A DNA stretch of 64,000 nt from an uncultured Candidatus Actinomarinales bacterium (GTDB lineage Bacteria; Actinomycetota; Acidimicrobiia; Actinomarinales; Actinomarinaceae), in NCBI GenBank assembly GCA_943789065.1, contig CALSSQ010000001.1:523827-587826 (forward strand). Direction: 5' to 3'. The stretch's first letter is position 1, and each line of letters opens with the position of its first letter. The notes beneath the pieces were generated by a model. It was not told the origin of the DNA, made no database searches, and saw only the letters and a program-made list of their open reading frames with translations. Below, piece by piece: positions 19,616 to 29,692 of the stretch. A program made the position numbers and the translations under genes.

Positions 19616-22600
19616 ATGTTCAAAAGAGTTAACAATAATATTAATCTTGCATCCCAAGAACAGAATACATCTGCTTACTGGGATGAAATAAACGCATTTG
19701 ATAACTCAATGGAGAATCGAAAAGATCAAAAAGTTTTTAGATTCTACGATGGACCACCATTTCCTACAGGCAGCCCACATTATGGCAACTTACTTGCAGG
19801 AGTAATAAAAGATATAGTTCCAAGGTACTGGACTATGCGAGGATATTATGTAGAAAGACGATTCGGCTGGGACGTACATGGTTTGCCTATTGAAATGGAA
19901 GTACAGAAACAACTGGGGTTAGACGATCCTCAACAAATTAATGATTTTGGTATAGGTAAATTTAATGAAGCATGTAGAAGCCAAGTGCAAACTAATACAG
20001 AAAATTGGGAACGAGTCACTAGAAAAATCGGTAGGTGGGTAGATTTTGAGAATGATTACAAGACTATGGATATTGACTTTATGGAGAGTGTCTGGTGGGT
20101 ATTTAAAAACTTATGGGAAAATGATTTAATATATAAAGATTATAAAGTTTTACCATACTCTTGGTCGGCAGCCACACCATTATCAAATTTCGAAGCCAAT
20201 ATGGACTACAGGGATGTTGAAGACCCCTCAATATTTTTTACGCTTACAGCTCGCGGTGACTTTAATAAAATACAAAAATCAGACAAATTTTTAGTCTGGA
20301 CAACTACCCCATGGTGCATTCCAGGAAATTTAGCAATAGCCATTGGAAAAGACATAGAATATCTGAGAATTCAAATAACAGATGACATATTTTGGATAGC
20401 CAAAAATCTTATTTCAGAGTTAAAGGACTATGAATATAAAATTTTAGATGAGTCAATTGGTGCAGATATGATTGGTGCTGAATACATTCCAGCGTACAGT
20501 GAGTATGAGCACGAATACTCCAATGGAGCATTTCGATTAATTCATAGCGATGACACTAATACTGAAGCCGGCTCTGGTTTAGTTTCTCAAGCTCCTGCAT
20601 ATGGTGAGAGTGATTTTTATGCATTGAAAGAAGCAAATATCGATGTGATTGTTGATCCCGTTACCCTATCAGGCAAATTTGATAATTCAATAAACGGTAT
20701 TGAGGGATTAAACGTAAAAGATGCAGACAAGGTAATAATGAACCAACTAAAAGAACGTGGTTCTCTTTTCAGTCAAAAGACAGAAATGCACTCATACCCC
20801 TTCTGTTGGAGAACTGGTACTCCTTTAATATATAAAGCTATTCCTACCTGGTTTGTGAGAGTAGAGAAAATAAGAGATCGTATGGTTGAACTAAATGAAG
20901 AAACCCATTGGGTACCTGGTTTCATAGGAGAAAAACGTTTCTCAAATTGGCTTGGTAATGCTCGTGACTGGGCCATTAGTAGAAACAGATACTGGGGAAG
21001 CTGTATTCCAGTCTGGATAAACACTGAAGATCCATCTGATCAGATCTGTATTGGATCTATTGAGGAACTTGAAGAGTTAAGCGGTGTTAAGGTAGACGAT
21101 CTTCATAAACACTACTTAGACGATATTGAAATAGAAATAAAAGGTAAGAAATATGTAAGAACTTCAGAAGTTCTTGATTGTTGGTTTGAATCAGGTTCTA
21201 TGCCGTATGGCCAACAGCATTATCCATTTGAAAATAAAGAAAATTTTTCAGATGGTTTTCCTGCAGACTTCATAGCTGAGGGACTTGATCAAACAAGAGG
21301 ATGGTTTTACACGCTTACAATTTTATCAGTTGCATTATTTGATTCCGTAGCTTTTAAAAATTGTATAACTACAGGAATGATTTTGGCTGAAGATGGCAGA
21401 AAGATGAGTAAAAGTTTAAAAAATTATCCAGATCCTGAAGAATTACTCAATAGCTATGGTGGAGATAGTTTAAGAGCTTATCTAATAAATTCACCAGTTG
21501 TAAGAGGTGAACCTCTTAAGTTTTCTGAAGATGGTGTGCAGCTAGTTACTAGAAATGTAATCTTGCCGCTATGGAACAGTTTTACATTTTTCTCTAATTA
21601 CGCAAATGCAGATGAAATTACAATGGAAGAATTAAGTAAAGCTGACCCTGTTGAAAATAGGCCATTAATGGATCAATGGATTATTTCGACTTTACAATCA
21701 CTTATTAAGACTGTGAACGAAAAAATGGAGAACTATTATTTATATGAAGTTATCCCACCACTAATAAGTTTTATTGACGAATTAACGAACTGGTATGTTA
21801 GATCAAACCGAAAAAGATTTTGGAAAGAAAAAGGTGTTGATGATCTTGACAAAATTAATGCATTTAAAACTTTGCATGAAGTTTTATTAGAATTTTCAAA
21901 GACAATGGCTCCTGTACTCCCCTTCATCTGTGAACAGATTTATCAGGGCTTAGTTGAGGAGGAAGATACAAGTATCCATTATGAAAACTATCCCGTTGCA
22001 GATAACAATTTAATCAATACTCAATTAGAGAAAGAAATCTCAACAGCTAAAGATGTTATAAGATCCGCAAGAAATATAAGGCTTAATGTAGAGATGCCCA
22101 ATAAGCAACCTTTAAGAAGTTTAAAAATTGTTACTAAGGATACAAGCCTACAAAACGAAATAAAAAATGTAGAGCACATAATTCTTAATGAGCTAAACGT
22201 GAAAGAAATTATTTTTGAAAACAATATATCTGAATGGGTTAAATATGTATGTAAACCAAACTATCAAGAATTGGGACCGAAGCTAGGAAAAGATGTTAAC
22301 AAACTTAAATTAGAGTTAGATTCGCTAAATCAAGATGAAATTGCGCAAATTATTGAAGCGGGATCTTTTAACTTTAATAATCGAAAAATTGATCTACACA
22401 GTTTAGATTTACAGTTAGTTCCAATAGCTGAAAAGCCAAATCAAGATATTGTTAATGATTTTCTAATCTCATTAAATACAGACATAGATGATGAATTGCT
22501 TGAAGAAAGAATCTCTAGAGAAATTGTTTCCCTCATACAAAAGTTGCGTAAAGAAAGTGATTATGACATAACTGATAGAATCATTACTACCATATCTTCT

Positions 22601-22747
22601 GAAGATGAAACAGTGCTTTCAGCTATTAAATCTCACGTAAAATATATTCAAAATGAGACTCTCTCAGTGAATTTTTCTACTGTTAAAGAACCTGGAACAG
22701 AAAATTTATTGAACTACTTGATTTCAATACAAATTGAAAAGTCTTAG
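19616..22747 (+). CDS. ileS: Isoleucine--tRNA ligase (type 2, eukaryote-like)
   Basis: FYDGPPFPTGSPHYGN, WTTTPW, DWAISRNRYWG, EGLDQTRGWF, KMSKS; long type-2 C-terminus. Confidence 0.97.
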   Translation: MFKRVNNNINLASQEQNTSAYWDEINAFDNSMENRKDQKVFRFYDGPPFPTGSPHYGNLLAGVIKDIVPRYWTMRGYYVERRFGWDVHGLPIEMEVQKQLGLDDPQQINDFGIGKFNEACRSQVQTNTENWERVTRKIGRWVDFENDYKTMDIDFMESVWWVFKNLWENDLIYKDYKVLPYSWSAATPLSNFEANMDYRDVEDPSIFFTLTARGDFNKIQKSDKFLVWTTTPWCIPGNLAIAIGKDIEYLRIQITDDIFWIAKNLISELKDYEYKILDESIGADMIGAEYIPAYSEYEHEYSNGAFRLIHSDDTNTEAGSGLVSQAPAYGESDFYALKEANIDVIVDPVTLSGKFDNSINGIEGLNVKDADKVIMNQLKERGSLFSQKTEMHSYPFCWRTGTPLIYKAIPTWFVRVEKIRDRMVELNEETHWVPGFIGEKRFSNWLGNARDWAISRNRYWGSCIPVWINTEDPSDQICIGSIEELEELSGVKVDDLHKHYLDDIEIEIKGKKYVRTSEVLDCWFESGSMPYGQQHYPFENKENFSDGFPADFIAEGLDQTRGWFYTLTILSVALFDSVAFKNCITTGMILAEDGRKMSKSLKNYPDPEELLNSYGGDSLRAYLINSPVVRGEPLKFSEDGVQLVTRNVILPLWNSFTFFSNYANADEITMEELSKADPVENRPLMDQWIISTLQSLIKTVNEKMENYYLYEVIPPLISFIDELTNWYVRSNRKRFWKEKGVDDLDKINAFKTLHEVLLEFSKTMAPVLPFICEQIYQGLVEEEDTSIHYENYPVADNNLINTQLEKEISTAKDVIRSARNIRLNVEMPNKQPLRSLKIVTKDTSLQNEIKNVEHIILNELNVKEIIFENNISEWVKYVCKPNYQELGPKLGKDVNKLKLELDSLNQDEIAQIIEAGSFNFNNRKIDLHSLDLQLVPIAEKPNQDIVNDFLISLNTDIDDELLEERISREIVSLIQKLRKESDYDITDRIITTISSEDETVLSAIKSHVKYIQNETLSVNFSTVKEPGTENLLNYLISIQIEKS

Positions 22748-23010
22748 CAAACAGCTCTTAGTAGATAAGGCTGTAATAGGTTAACTCCAAATATTAAAAC
22801 GAGTGGTGATAAATCTAAACCAGCCATACCTATTCTAAGGGTAGGCATTCTTGAACGTATCGGCTCTAATATTCTTGTAAAACCTTTATCTAAAACATAT
22901 TTCACTTGACCCAGAGGATGCTCAGGCGAAACTTGAACCCAACTTAAAATTATCCATGCGAATAGAGCATATGAGAAAAACCTGAAAAAGAGTATCAGTA
23001 AGCTACACAT
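22744..23010 (-). CDS. YggT/YlmG family membrane protein
   Basis: IILSWV, ILEPIRSRMP, GLDLSPLV; follows sepF. Confidence 0.88.
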   Translation of the reverse strand: MCSLLILFFRFFSYALFAWIILSWVQVSPEHPLGQVKYVLDKGFTRILEPIRSRMPTLRIGMAGLDLSPLVLIFGVNLLQPYLLRAVC

Positions 23011-23443
23011 TAATATTGTAAAGGCCTAAGTTTTGCAGCCTTTCTCTTTCGCTAGACGGAAGTGATGCTGATGCAGGAAGTAGTAAATATACTCCATCTT
23101 TGTTAATTGATCTAATTTTTGCGTCGCTGATAAAAGCCATGCCAGTTACAAAATCTATAATTCTTCTGCGGTCTGTTTGATCAGATATATCTCGAATATC
23201 CATTGCAACAATGTAGTCTTCTTTTACAACATTTCCTAAGTTGTGAATATCATTAAATGACTTCAGTACTTTAATCTCCACTTCATCTTTCGGGTTATGA
23301 ATTCTTACATCTCCAACTTGTTCATCTGTAGAAAATCTGTTTTCTGTGGAAGGTCTTACAGTTCTATTTTGTTGAGGTGAATTGTCAAAACTTAGGTTTT
23401 CCGGTTGCTTGAGTCCAATTGCTATTAAGAATTTTTCTAACAT
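23003..23443 (-). CDS. sepF: Cell division protein SepF
   Basis: SFNDI...RRRIIDFVTG...YLLLP; located after yggS. Confidence 0.88.
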   Translation of the reverse strand: MLEKFLIAIGLKQPENLSFDNSPQQNRTVRPSTENRFSTDEQVGDVRIHNPKDEVEIKVLKSFNDIHNLGNVVKEDYIVAMDIRDISDQTDRRRIIDFVTGMAFISDAKIRSINKDGVYLLLPASASLPSSERERLQNLGLYNINV

Positions 23444-24057
23444 TATAAAAATATTTTACTACCTACACGTATTATTGTAGCACCGTAATCTAGAGCAATC
23501 TCATAATCATCAGACATGCCCATAGATAGTTCACCAGGATAGTTTTTATACTGAATTTTTATTTTTTCATTTAATTTTTGCATTGAAGAAAACACTTTTT
23601 TTCTATTAGATTCTATATTAGGTATACACATTAAACCTACTGGCTGTATACCAAGGGTTAGAGAATAATCAATAAAATGGTTTAACTTATCTCCACTAAT
23701 ACCACTCTTATTGGGATCACTATCGATATTTACCTGTATAAATATATTTTGACCAGAATAAGTTTTGGAAATTACATCTAGCTCCTTCTCTCTGGAGACC
23801 GAATGTAATGTCACACACTTGCTTAATATTTCAGAAATCTTTCTTGATTGCAATGGTGCGATAAAGTGATAATTACTATCTGGGAAATGTTTGTGGTGTA
23901 GATGAAGTTCATCTAACCTATTTTCGCCCAGATCTTTGATTCCAAAATTAATCAACTTATTTATGTCTTCTATATTCTGATTTTTAACAACAGGTAATAA
24001 TCTTGCATTAAATTTTGAAATTTTATTAACTATTTTTTCTAAGTTTTTTATATCCAT
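23443..24057 (-). CDS. yggS: PLP homeostasis protein YggS
   Basis: LPVVK, LGENR, HFIAPLQSRK, GLMCIP, LSMGMSDDYEIA, RVGSKIF. Confidence 0.93.
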   Translation of the reverse strand: MDIKNLEKIVNKISKFNARLLPVVKNQNIEDINKLINFGIKDLGENRLDELHLHHKHFPDSNYHFIAPLQSRKISEILSKCVTLHSVSREKELDVISKTYSGQNIFIQVNIDSDPNKSGISGDKLNHFIDYSLTLGIQPVGLMCIPNIESNRKKVFSSMQKLNEKIKIQYKNYPGELSMGMSDDYEIALDYGATIIRVGSKIFL

Positions 24058-24653
24058 ATGAAAGAATACTGTCTTTGTGCTGTTTTATTTTCTCTAAAGG
24101 ACCAGAAGTTATTATCACAAACAGTACAATTTTTTGATACTTGAATTTCTATGTCGTTTAATTGGCAAAAATTTACAATTTGTTTAGACAAGTTTAAATA
24201 AATTTTATCTTTTCTTTTTAAAACACTTTTGGGAAACAGTTGGGCTACATCATTTTGTATCTCATAGCAACAACTTTGAGCATGAGGTCCAACTGAAACC
24301 TTAATGTTAGTACCGGTAATTTTCCTTAAGGCCAAGTTGAAAATATCATTTTGTAAACCTTTCCAACCGACATGTAAGGCAGCAATTGATGATTCTGTTT
24401 TAATTAGTACAGGCATGCAATCAGCCGTTTTAACAACTAATGATATATTTTTTGTTGACGTAACCAGTCCATCAGAAGAAAAAATACCTTCTGTCTCAAT
24501 ATACTCAATCTTATTACTGTGAGTTTGATTCATCTGAGCAACATCAAGGAGCATTTCACCTGACGGTTTTTGGCTCCTTAAAATGTCAGCTAGATCATTT
24601 CCATCAATTTTGTTACTAAAGTAACTTTGTTCAATAAGCGAAGACTCAATCAT
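24048..24653 (-). CDS. pgeF: PgeF/YfiH (laccase-domain) protein
   Basis: QTHS, DGLVT, TADCMPV, HVGWKG, CYE, CTVC...SFR. Confidence 0.9.
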   Translation of the reverse strand: MIESSLIEQSYFSNKIDGNDLADILRSQKPSGEMLLDVAQMNQTHSNKIEYIETEGIFSSDGLVTSTKNISLVVKTADCMPVLIKTESSIAALHVGWKGLQNDIFNLALRKITGTNIKVSVGPHAQSCCYEIQNDVAQLFPKSVLKRKDKIYLNLSKQIVNFCQLNDIEIQVSKNCTVCDNNFWSFRENKTAQRQYSFIWI

Positions 24654-25669
24654 CCCTTGATAAAGTCAGGAAGACCGTCACCCCCGGAGTCTTGATTTTC
24701 ATCAAAATCTTTTGGCTTTCTTGTTGGTCTAGGCCCAAATCCGGCAGCAACTACGGTTACTTCAACAGCATCACCCAAGGTTTCATCCACTGTGTGTCCA
24801 AATATAATTTCAGCATTGTCATCTGCACGTTCTGTAATTACTCTTGCAGCTTCATTCACCTCTTGAAGTTTTAAGTCTTCAGATCCTGCTATTGTAATCA
24901 AAACACCTTCAGCACCGTCCATATTTGCTTCTAGTAGTGGCGAAGATATTGCAGCTTGTGCAGCATTTGGAGCTCTTTGTTCTCCTGTGGATCTACCTAT
25001 ACCAAGAACTGCGTTTCCTGCATCTTTTAGTATTGTTCTAACATCTGCAAAGTCAACATTTATAACACCTGGATTTGTTATTAGACCAGTAATGCCTTTA
25101 ACACCATTAGCTAAGATTTCATCAGATTTAATGTAAGCTTCGCTTACTTTTATATCCTTATCACTTATTTGTAATAACCTATCGTTAGGAATTACAATTA
25201 AAGTATCTACTACATCTCTTAAAGCCTGGATTCCCTCTTCAGCCTGAACAGATCTTCTTCTTCCTTCAAAACCAAAAGGTCGAGTTACAACACCAACAGT
25301 TAACGCACCCAATTCATGTGCAATATTTGCGATTACTGGTGAAGCTCCAGTACCAGTTCCGCCACCTTCACCAGCAGCAATAAATACCATATCCGAACCT
25401 TTAAGTGCTTCAATAATTAATTCTTCAGAATCAATAGCAGCTTGTCTACCAACCTCAGGATTAGCACCTGCTCCAAGACCTCTAGTTGATTTTCTACCAA
25501 GATCAAGTTTCATATCAGCTTTGGAGCCAAGTAGGCTTTGTGCGTCTGTATTACAAGCTACAAAATCTACTCCGCCAATATTCATTTTCATCATTCGATT
25601 GACAGCATTTGTACCACCGCCGCCAACACCCATGACTTTGATTACAGCTGTGTAATTTTTAGGTCTCAT
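24650..25669 (-). CDS. ftsZ: Cell division protein FtsZ
   Basis: GVGGGGTNAVNRM, GGGTGTG, NVDFAD, C-terminal LPDFIK. Start placed at ATG 25669 behind an AAAGGAG SD. Confidence 0.98.
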   Translation of the reverse strand: MRPKNYTAVIKVMGVGGGGTNAVNRMMKMNIGGVDFVACNTDAQSLLGSKADMKLDLGRKSTRGLGAGANPEVGRQAAIDSEELIIEALKGSDMVFIAAGEGGGTGTGASPVIANIAHELGALTVGVVTRPFGFEGRRRSVQAEEGIQALRDVVDTLIVIPNDRLLQISDKDIKVSEAYIKSDEILANGVKGITGLITNPGVINVDFADVRTILKDAGNAVLGIGRSTGEQRAPNAAQAAISSPLLEANMDGAEGVLITIAGSEDLKLQEVNEAARVITERADDNAEIIFGHTVDETLGDAVEVTVVAAGFGPRPTRKPKDFDENQDSGGDGLPDFIKG

Positions 25670-25783
25670 GTTTAAATTAACTCCTTTTTGTTTAGTATTT
25701 TTTTTATTTTGTTTCATTAAAATCCTTTTTCAAAAAAAGAATATCATTAATACCGTCTTAAACAAATATATATTTTATATTTT

Positions 25784-25810
25784 ATCTAGACCTATAGTTT
25801 AGGTTTAGAT
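25784..25810. promoter_or_regulatory. Imperfect palindrome ATCTAGACCT-N7-AGGTTTAGAT upstream of ftsZ (candidate FtsR/MerR-type operator)
   Basis: 10-bp arms with one mismatch in the ftsQ-ftsZ gap; no U-tract on the coding strand. Confidence 0.5.
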
Positions 25811-26502
25811 TAATTACAATTCTCGATTGTTGATTCTGATGTTAAAAATCTAACTGTACCATCACAACTATTATCAGAGAGGTAAGCTCCAAGTATTGAA
25901 GCTTTCTTCCCTAGGTCAACAGCATCTCCTAATTGAAAGGTAGTCTTGCCGTAATAAGCGTTGAATGCTTCACCATCATATTTGATCTGTAAAGACTGTT
26001 TGGTGTATTGATAATTATCCAGTGTCTTAAACAGGGAGATCAATTCACCATTAAAACCACTATCGACTGGCCCATTTTCAATCTTGACTATTGGTAATGT
26101 GTTTTCAATTGTTGGAGCACTTACTACATATGAATTTTCATATAATATGGTGTATGTTTCAATCGACGCCCTTAAATCTATTATGTTTGCCAGTTGTTGG
26201 TATAAGTTAACCGAAATAATAAGCTTATTTGGTAATCTTTTAGTTATGTTTAAATTTTTAATATCAGGATTGTCATCATAAATCTGCTGAAAAGAATTTT
26301 CGTCAACAAACCAAATAGATTTTCCATATAATAAATTTAAACTTTCCATAGCAAGTTGATCTTCCATTGAATACTCTATTTCAGAAACACGAAATTTTTG
26401 AGATGAGCTATTCATAATTATTAAGGAAGTAGCTAATGTTATAAAGGCAAAAATTATGAATGATTTAAAAAAGCGAATTTGATTTAAGTTGAACTCGTTC
26501 AT
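25810..26502 (-). CDS. ftsQ: Cell division protein FtsQ/DivIB
   Basis: Single N-terminal TM, POTRA-like FRVSEIE...IKNLNITKRLPNKLII; lies between murB and ftsZ. Confidence 0.8.
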   Translation of the reverse strand: MNEFNLNQIRFFKSFIIFAFITLATSLIIMNSSSQKFRVSEIEYSMEDQLAMESLNLLYGKSIWFVDENSFQQIYDDNPDIKNLNITKRLPNKLIISVNLYQQLANIIDLRASIETYTILYENSYVVSAPTIENTLPIVKIENGPVDSGFNGELISLFKTLDNYQYTKQSLQIKYDGEAFNAYYGKTTFQLGDAVDLGKKASILGAYLSDNSCDGTVRFLTSESTIENCN

Positions 26503-26504
26503 GT

Positions 26505-27365
26505 TTAATTGAATTTACCTGCGAATATTATCTCTTCCGTTAAGGAAATATCAAATTTTTGACGAACTATGCCTTTTACGTATTTCACTAATTCATACAA
26601 AGACTGAGCTTTTGAATCTTTCTGAGCTACAAAAAAATTAGCATGTTTTTGACTCACTTCTACCCCTCCTATTGAGAAGCCTTTAAGACCAGCTTTTTCG
26701 ATGAGGTAACCAGCTGATCCGTTTTTGGGATTCTTGAATACACTACCAGCATTGTATATTGCTGGAGGTTGTGTTTTTTTTCTACGATTAAGATATTCAC
26801 TTATTTGACTTTGGATTACAATAGGATCGCCTTTTTCTACTATAAAATCTACAGAAACGACCATTTTACTATCTAGATTTTTTGCAGTTCTATATGAAAA
26901 CTCAAAAAAGTCTTTACTTTCTGATTCAATTTTATTCGTTTCAAAATTGTAAAAAGTTACTGATTCTATATGATCAGAAAACTCATATCCATACGCCCCA
27001 GCATTCATCTGAACAGCACCGCCAACTGATCCTGGAATGCCAATCAGCCACTCAAGGCTACTAATTGAGTTATCTTTTGAAAATCGTGCAATATCAGGAA
27101 GGTAAGTAGAAGCACCCAGACTCAAAATATTCTTTTCTATATTTAATTCAATAAAATTAAAATCTGGTTTAATAATAGTGCCTTCATAACCTGCATCTGA
27201 AAAGACTATATTTGAACCCTTTCCAAGTATTAATAAGTCTTTATTTCGGGTGTCCAACTTCATATTCTCTAACTGTTTTAATGAATTAATTTCAAAAAAG
27301 TTATGACAGTAACCACCAAATTTATAGGTTGTAACTTCTGAAAGTTTTACGCTAGTTTTTTTCAT
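26505..27365 (-). CDS. murB: UDP-N-acetylenolpyruvoylglucosamine reductase
   Basis: LGKGSN, GIPGSVGGAVQMNAGAYG, AGSVFKNP, SQKHANF. Confidence 0.96.
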   Translation of the reverse strand: MKKTSVKLSEVTTYKFGGYCHNFFEINSLKQLENMKLDTRNKDLLILGKGSNIVFSDAGYEGTIIKPDFNFIELNIEKNILSLGASTYLPDIARFSKDNSISSLEWLIGIPGSVGGAVQMNAGAYGYEFSDHIESVTFYNFETNKIESESKDFFEFSYRTAKNLDSKMVVSVDFIVEKGDPIVIQSQISEYLNRRKKTQPPAIYNAGSVFKNPKNGSAGYLIEKAGLKGFSIGGVEVSQKHANFFVAQKDSKAQSLYELVKYVKGIVRQKFDISLTEEIIFAGKFN

Positions 27366-28665
27366 CTAAATACTTCAATATCTGTGGTCCTAATAGTGTA
27401 ATATCGCCAGCACCTATTGTGAGGACTGCGTCACCACTATTAACCTTACCTCTTAAATAACTTGGTACAGCCCTCATAGACTTGATGTATTTAATATTCT
27501 TATCCTCGAGATTTTTACTCGAAACTCCTGGGATAGGTAACTCACCAGATGGATAGATATCAACAACAATTGCCTCGTCCGCTTTGAATAATGACATTTT
27601 GAATTTATCTAAATGTTCTTGTGTTCTCGTATATCGGTGGGGTTGAAATACTACATATAACTTGCCTTTAACGTGACTTTTTAGCGCAGTAATTGTCGCA
27701 TCAATCTCAGTAGGATGGTGACCGTAGTCATCATAAATACTTATGCCAGAAGTAGACCCAAGAAACTCTGCTCTTCGTCTTACACCAGAAAAGTGTTTAA
27801 TAGCTAGAAGTGAATCCTCAATGGAGATTCCATTTAAATAAGCAATACAAATGGCTCCAGCAATATTTGATTTAAAATGATCTCCAATCATACTTGTTTC
27901 AATTTGGAAGTTTGTACCCTCATGTGAAATAACGCCAGAGTTTATAATTGTAATTTCAGATTCATCTGAAGATGAATAACTATAAATCTTTTTAGATAGT
28001 TTTAACTTTTTTAATTCCAAATTATCTAAATTTAAAACTACATTATTACTTGTATTCTCAATAACATTTTTAAACGCATTAATTAAATTCTCAAAATTTA
28101 AGTAGTAATCTAGGTGATCCTCATCTATGTTAGTGACTAATAAATCATCTATATGTAAACTGTTAAAAGTATCGAATGCTTCATCTGCTTCTAAAATTAA
28201 CACTTTATTATCAGATCCATAGTGTCCCCCGATTCCATTAAAAGAAGTGACACCCCCAAAAATATACGAAACATTGCGTTTATTGTAATGAAATATATGT
28301 GCAAGTAAGGCTGTTGTAGAGGTCTTTCCATGGGTTCCAGTTACTCCGATAACATAATTATCTCTAGTTAGTTCCTGAAGAAACTCCGGACGAGAGAGTA
28401 CGTTTTTACTTTCAGTATTTGAAGATAAATTAGTTTTAGTTAAATTAAACGCAGTTGAGTAAATATATAAAGTATCTTTGTCATATGTTATCTCCTCAAG
28501 GTCAAAGTCGATGTTAATACTCTCTTGTTCAAGAGTATTTGTTATATAAGATTTTCTTTGATCATACCCTCCTACATTAAATCCTGCTTGGGACATGTAT
28601 TTTGCTATTGAACTCATGCCAGTGCCACCAATACCCAAAATGTATACATTTTTATAACTATTCAT
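27352..28665 (-). CDS. murC: UDP-N-acetylmuramate--L-alanine ligase
   Basis: GIGGTGMS, GTHGKTST, EADE, DDYGHHPTE, FQPHRYTR. Start placed at ATG 28665. Confidence 0.96.
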   Translation of the reverse strand: MNSYKNVYILGIGGTGMSSIAKYMSQAGFNVGGYDQRKSYITNTLEQESINIDFDLEEITYDKDTLYIYSTAFNLTKTNLSSNTESKNVLSRPEFLQELTRDNYVIGVTGTHGKTSTTALLAHIFHYNKRNVSYIFGGVTSFNGIGGHYGSDNKVLILEADEAFDTFNSLHIDDLLVTNIDEDHLDYYLNFENLINAFKNVIENTSNNVVLNLDNLELKKLKLSKKIYSYSSSDESEITIINSGVISHEGTNFQIETSMIGDHFKSNIAGAICIAYLNGISIEDSLLAIKHFSGVRRRAEFLGSTSGISIYDDYGHHPTEIDATITALKSHVKGKLYVVFQPHRYTRTQEHLDKFKMSLFKADEAIVVDIYPSGELPIPGVSSKNLEDKNIKYIKSMRAVPSYLRGKVNSGDAVLTIGAGDITLLGPQILKYLDEKN

Positions 28666-29692
28666 AATTACTTTCGCTGATAATTTTAAATATATCATCA
28701 TTTCCAACCTTGATTTGATACGATGTAAAGTTTTCATCCAAGTAGGAAAATTTATATTTACAAATATTGTGTATTAATTCAGAAAATTCCTTGTATTCAA
28801 CTACTACTTTAGCATTTCCATTTTTTTCAAGATAGTTAGCATTAAGAGTCTGATGGCTTGCAGTGGTTCCATGTTTGAATGGAATTAACAACTGAGGAAT
28901 ATTTAGATACGCTGCTTCTAATATTCCACCACCAGCTCTGGAAATTTGGAAATCAACAGATTGATAGTAATCATTCATGTCATAGAAAAACTCAACTTGA
29001 CGATAAAAAGATTTATCAAACTTAATAGTATTAGCTTTCATTGGTCCAGTAATATGAAGAAACTCTACGTCATAGTTATCAAATTCTTCAATAAATTTAT
29101 AAATAAATTGGTTTATTTCTTCTGAACCTTGACTTCCACCTTGTATCCCAATAGTAAAGTTTCTGTTTGTATTTTTTTCGATCACTTTTTTGGTATCTAT
29201 ATTCAAAATAGGACCAGTAAAAATAGTATTTTTTCTATTTAAATTTTTTGTTTCAGGGAATGATTCAAAAACAGTACTTGGAAAATATGATGCTACCCTA
29301 TTGCCAAGGCCAGCATATTGATTTTGCTCTTGAATGTAAAACTCCGAACGAAGTATCAAACTTATTAGTGCTGCATATGGAGCAATATATGCACCGGTAG
29401 TTAATACCGTATTTATTTTTTCAGTTTTAAGTTCCTTGTAAACCTCCCATATTGTCCTGATGAACTGACCAATATTAACTAAGTATCCAAATATCCCTCT
29501 AGTGGATATATAAAATTCTTTTTGAATAATCTCGACAGTCATGTCTTCGAAGTACTTAACCCCTCTTTTATCTGAAACGATGATGATATCTTCCTCGGGT
29601 ACACCAGATTCCAATAATCTTTTTATTAGATTTTTAGCCGGAAAAATATGACCGCCTGTACCTACACAAAAAAAACAATATCTTTTATTCAT
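28658..29692 (-). CDS. murG: Undecaprenyl-PP-MurNAc-pentapeptide GlcNAc transferase
   Basis: GTGGHIFPA, EQNQYAGLGN, GGSQG, SRAG, HQTLNA. Start placed at ATG 29692. Confidence 0.92.
   Translation of the reverse strand: MNKRYCFFCVGTGGHIFPAKNLIKRLLESGVPEEDIIIVSDKRGVKYFEDMTVEIIQKEFYISTRGIFGYLVNIGQFIRTIWEVYKELKTEKINTVLTTGAYIAPYAALISLILRSEFYIQEQNQYAGLGNRVASYFPSTVFESFPETKNLNRKNTIFTGPILNIDTKKVIEKNTNRNFTIGIQGGSQGSEEINQFIYKFIEEFDNYDVEFLHITGPMKANTIKFDKSFYRQVEFFYDMNDYYQSVDFQISRAGGGILEAAYLNIPQLLIPFKHGTTASHQTLNANYLEKNGNAKVVVEYKEFSELIHNICKYKFSYLDENFTSYQIKVGNDDIFKIISESNYE

Noticed and set aside
25670..25717. ORF-track N-terminal extensions of ftsZ (and of murC, murG, mraZ, ccmA, the exonuclease)
   Set aside because: Downstream starts fit SD position, translational coupling and family N-termini better.
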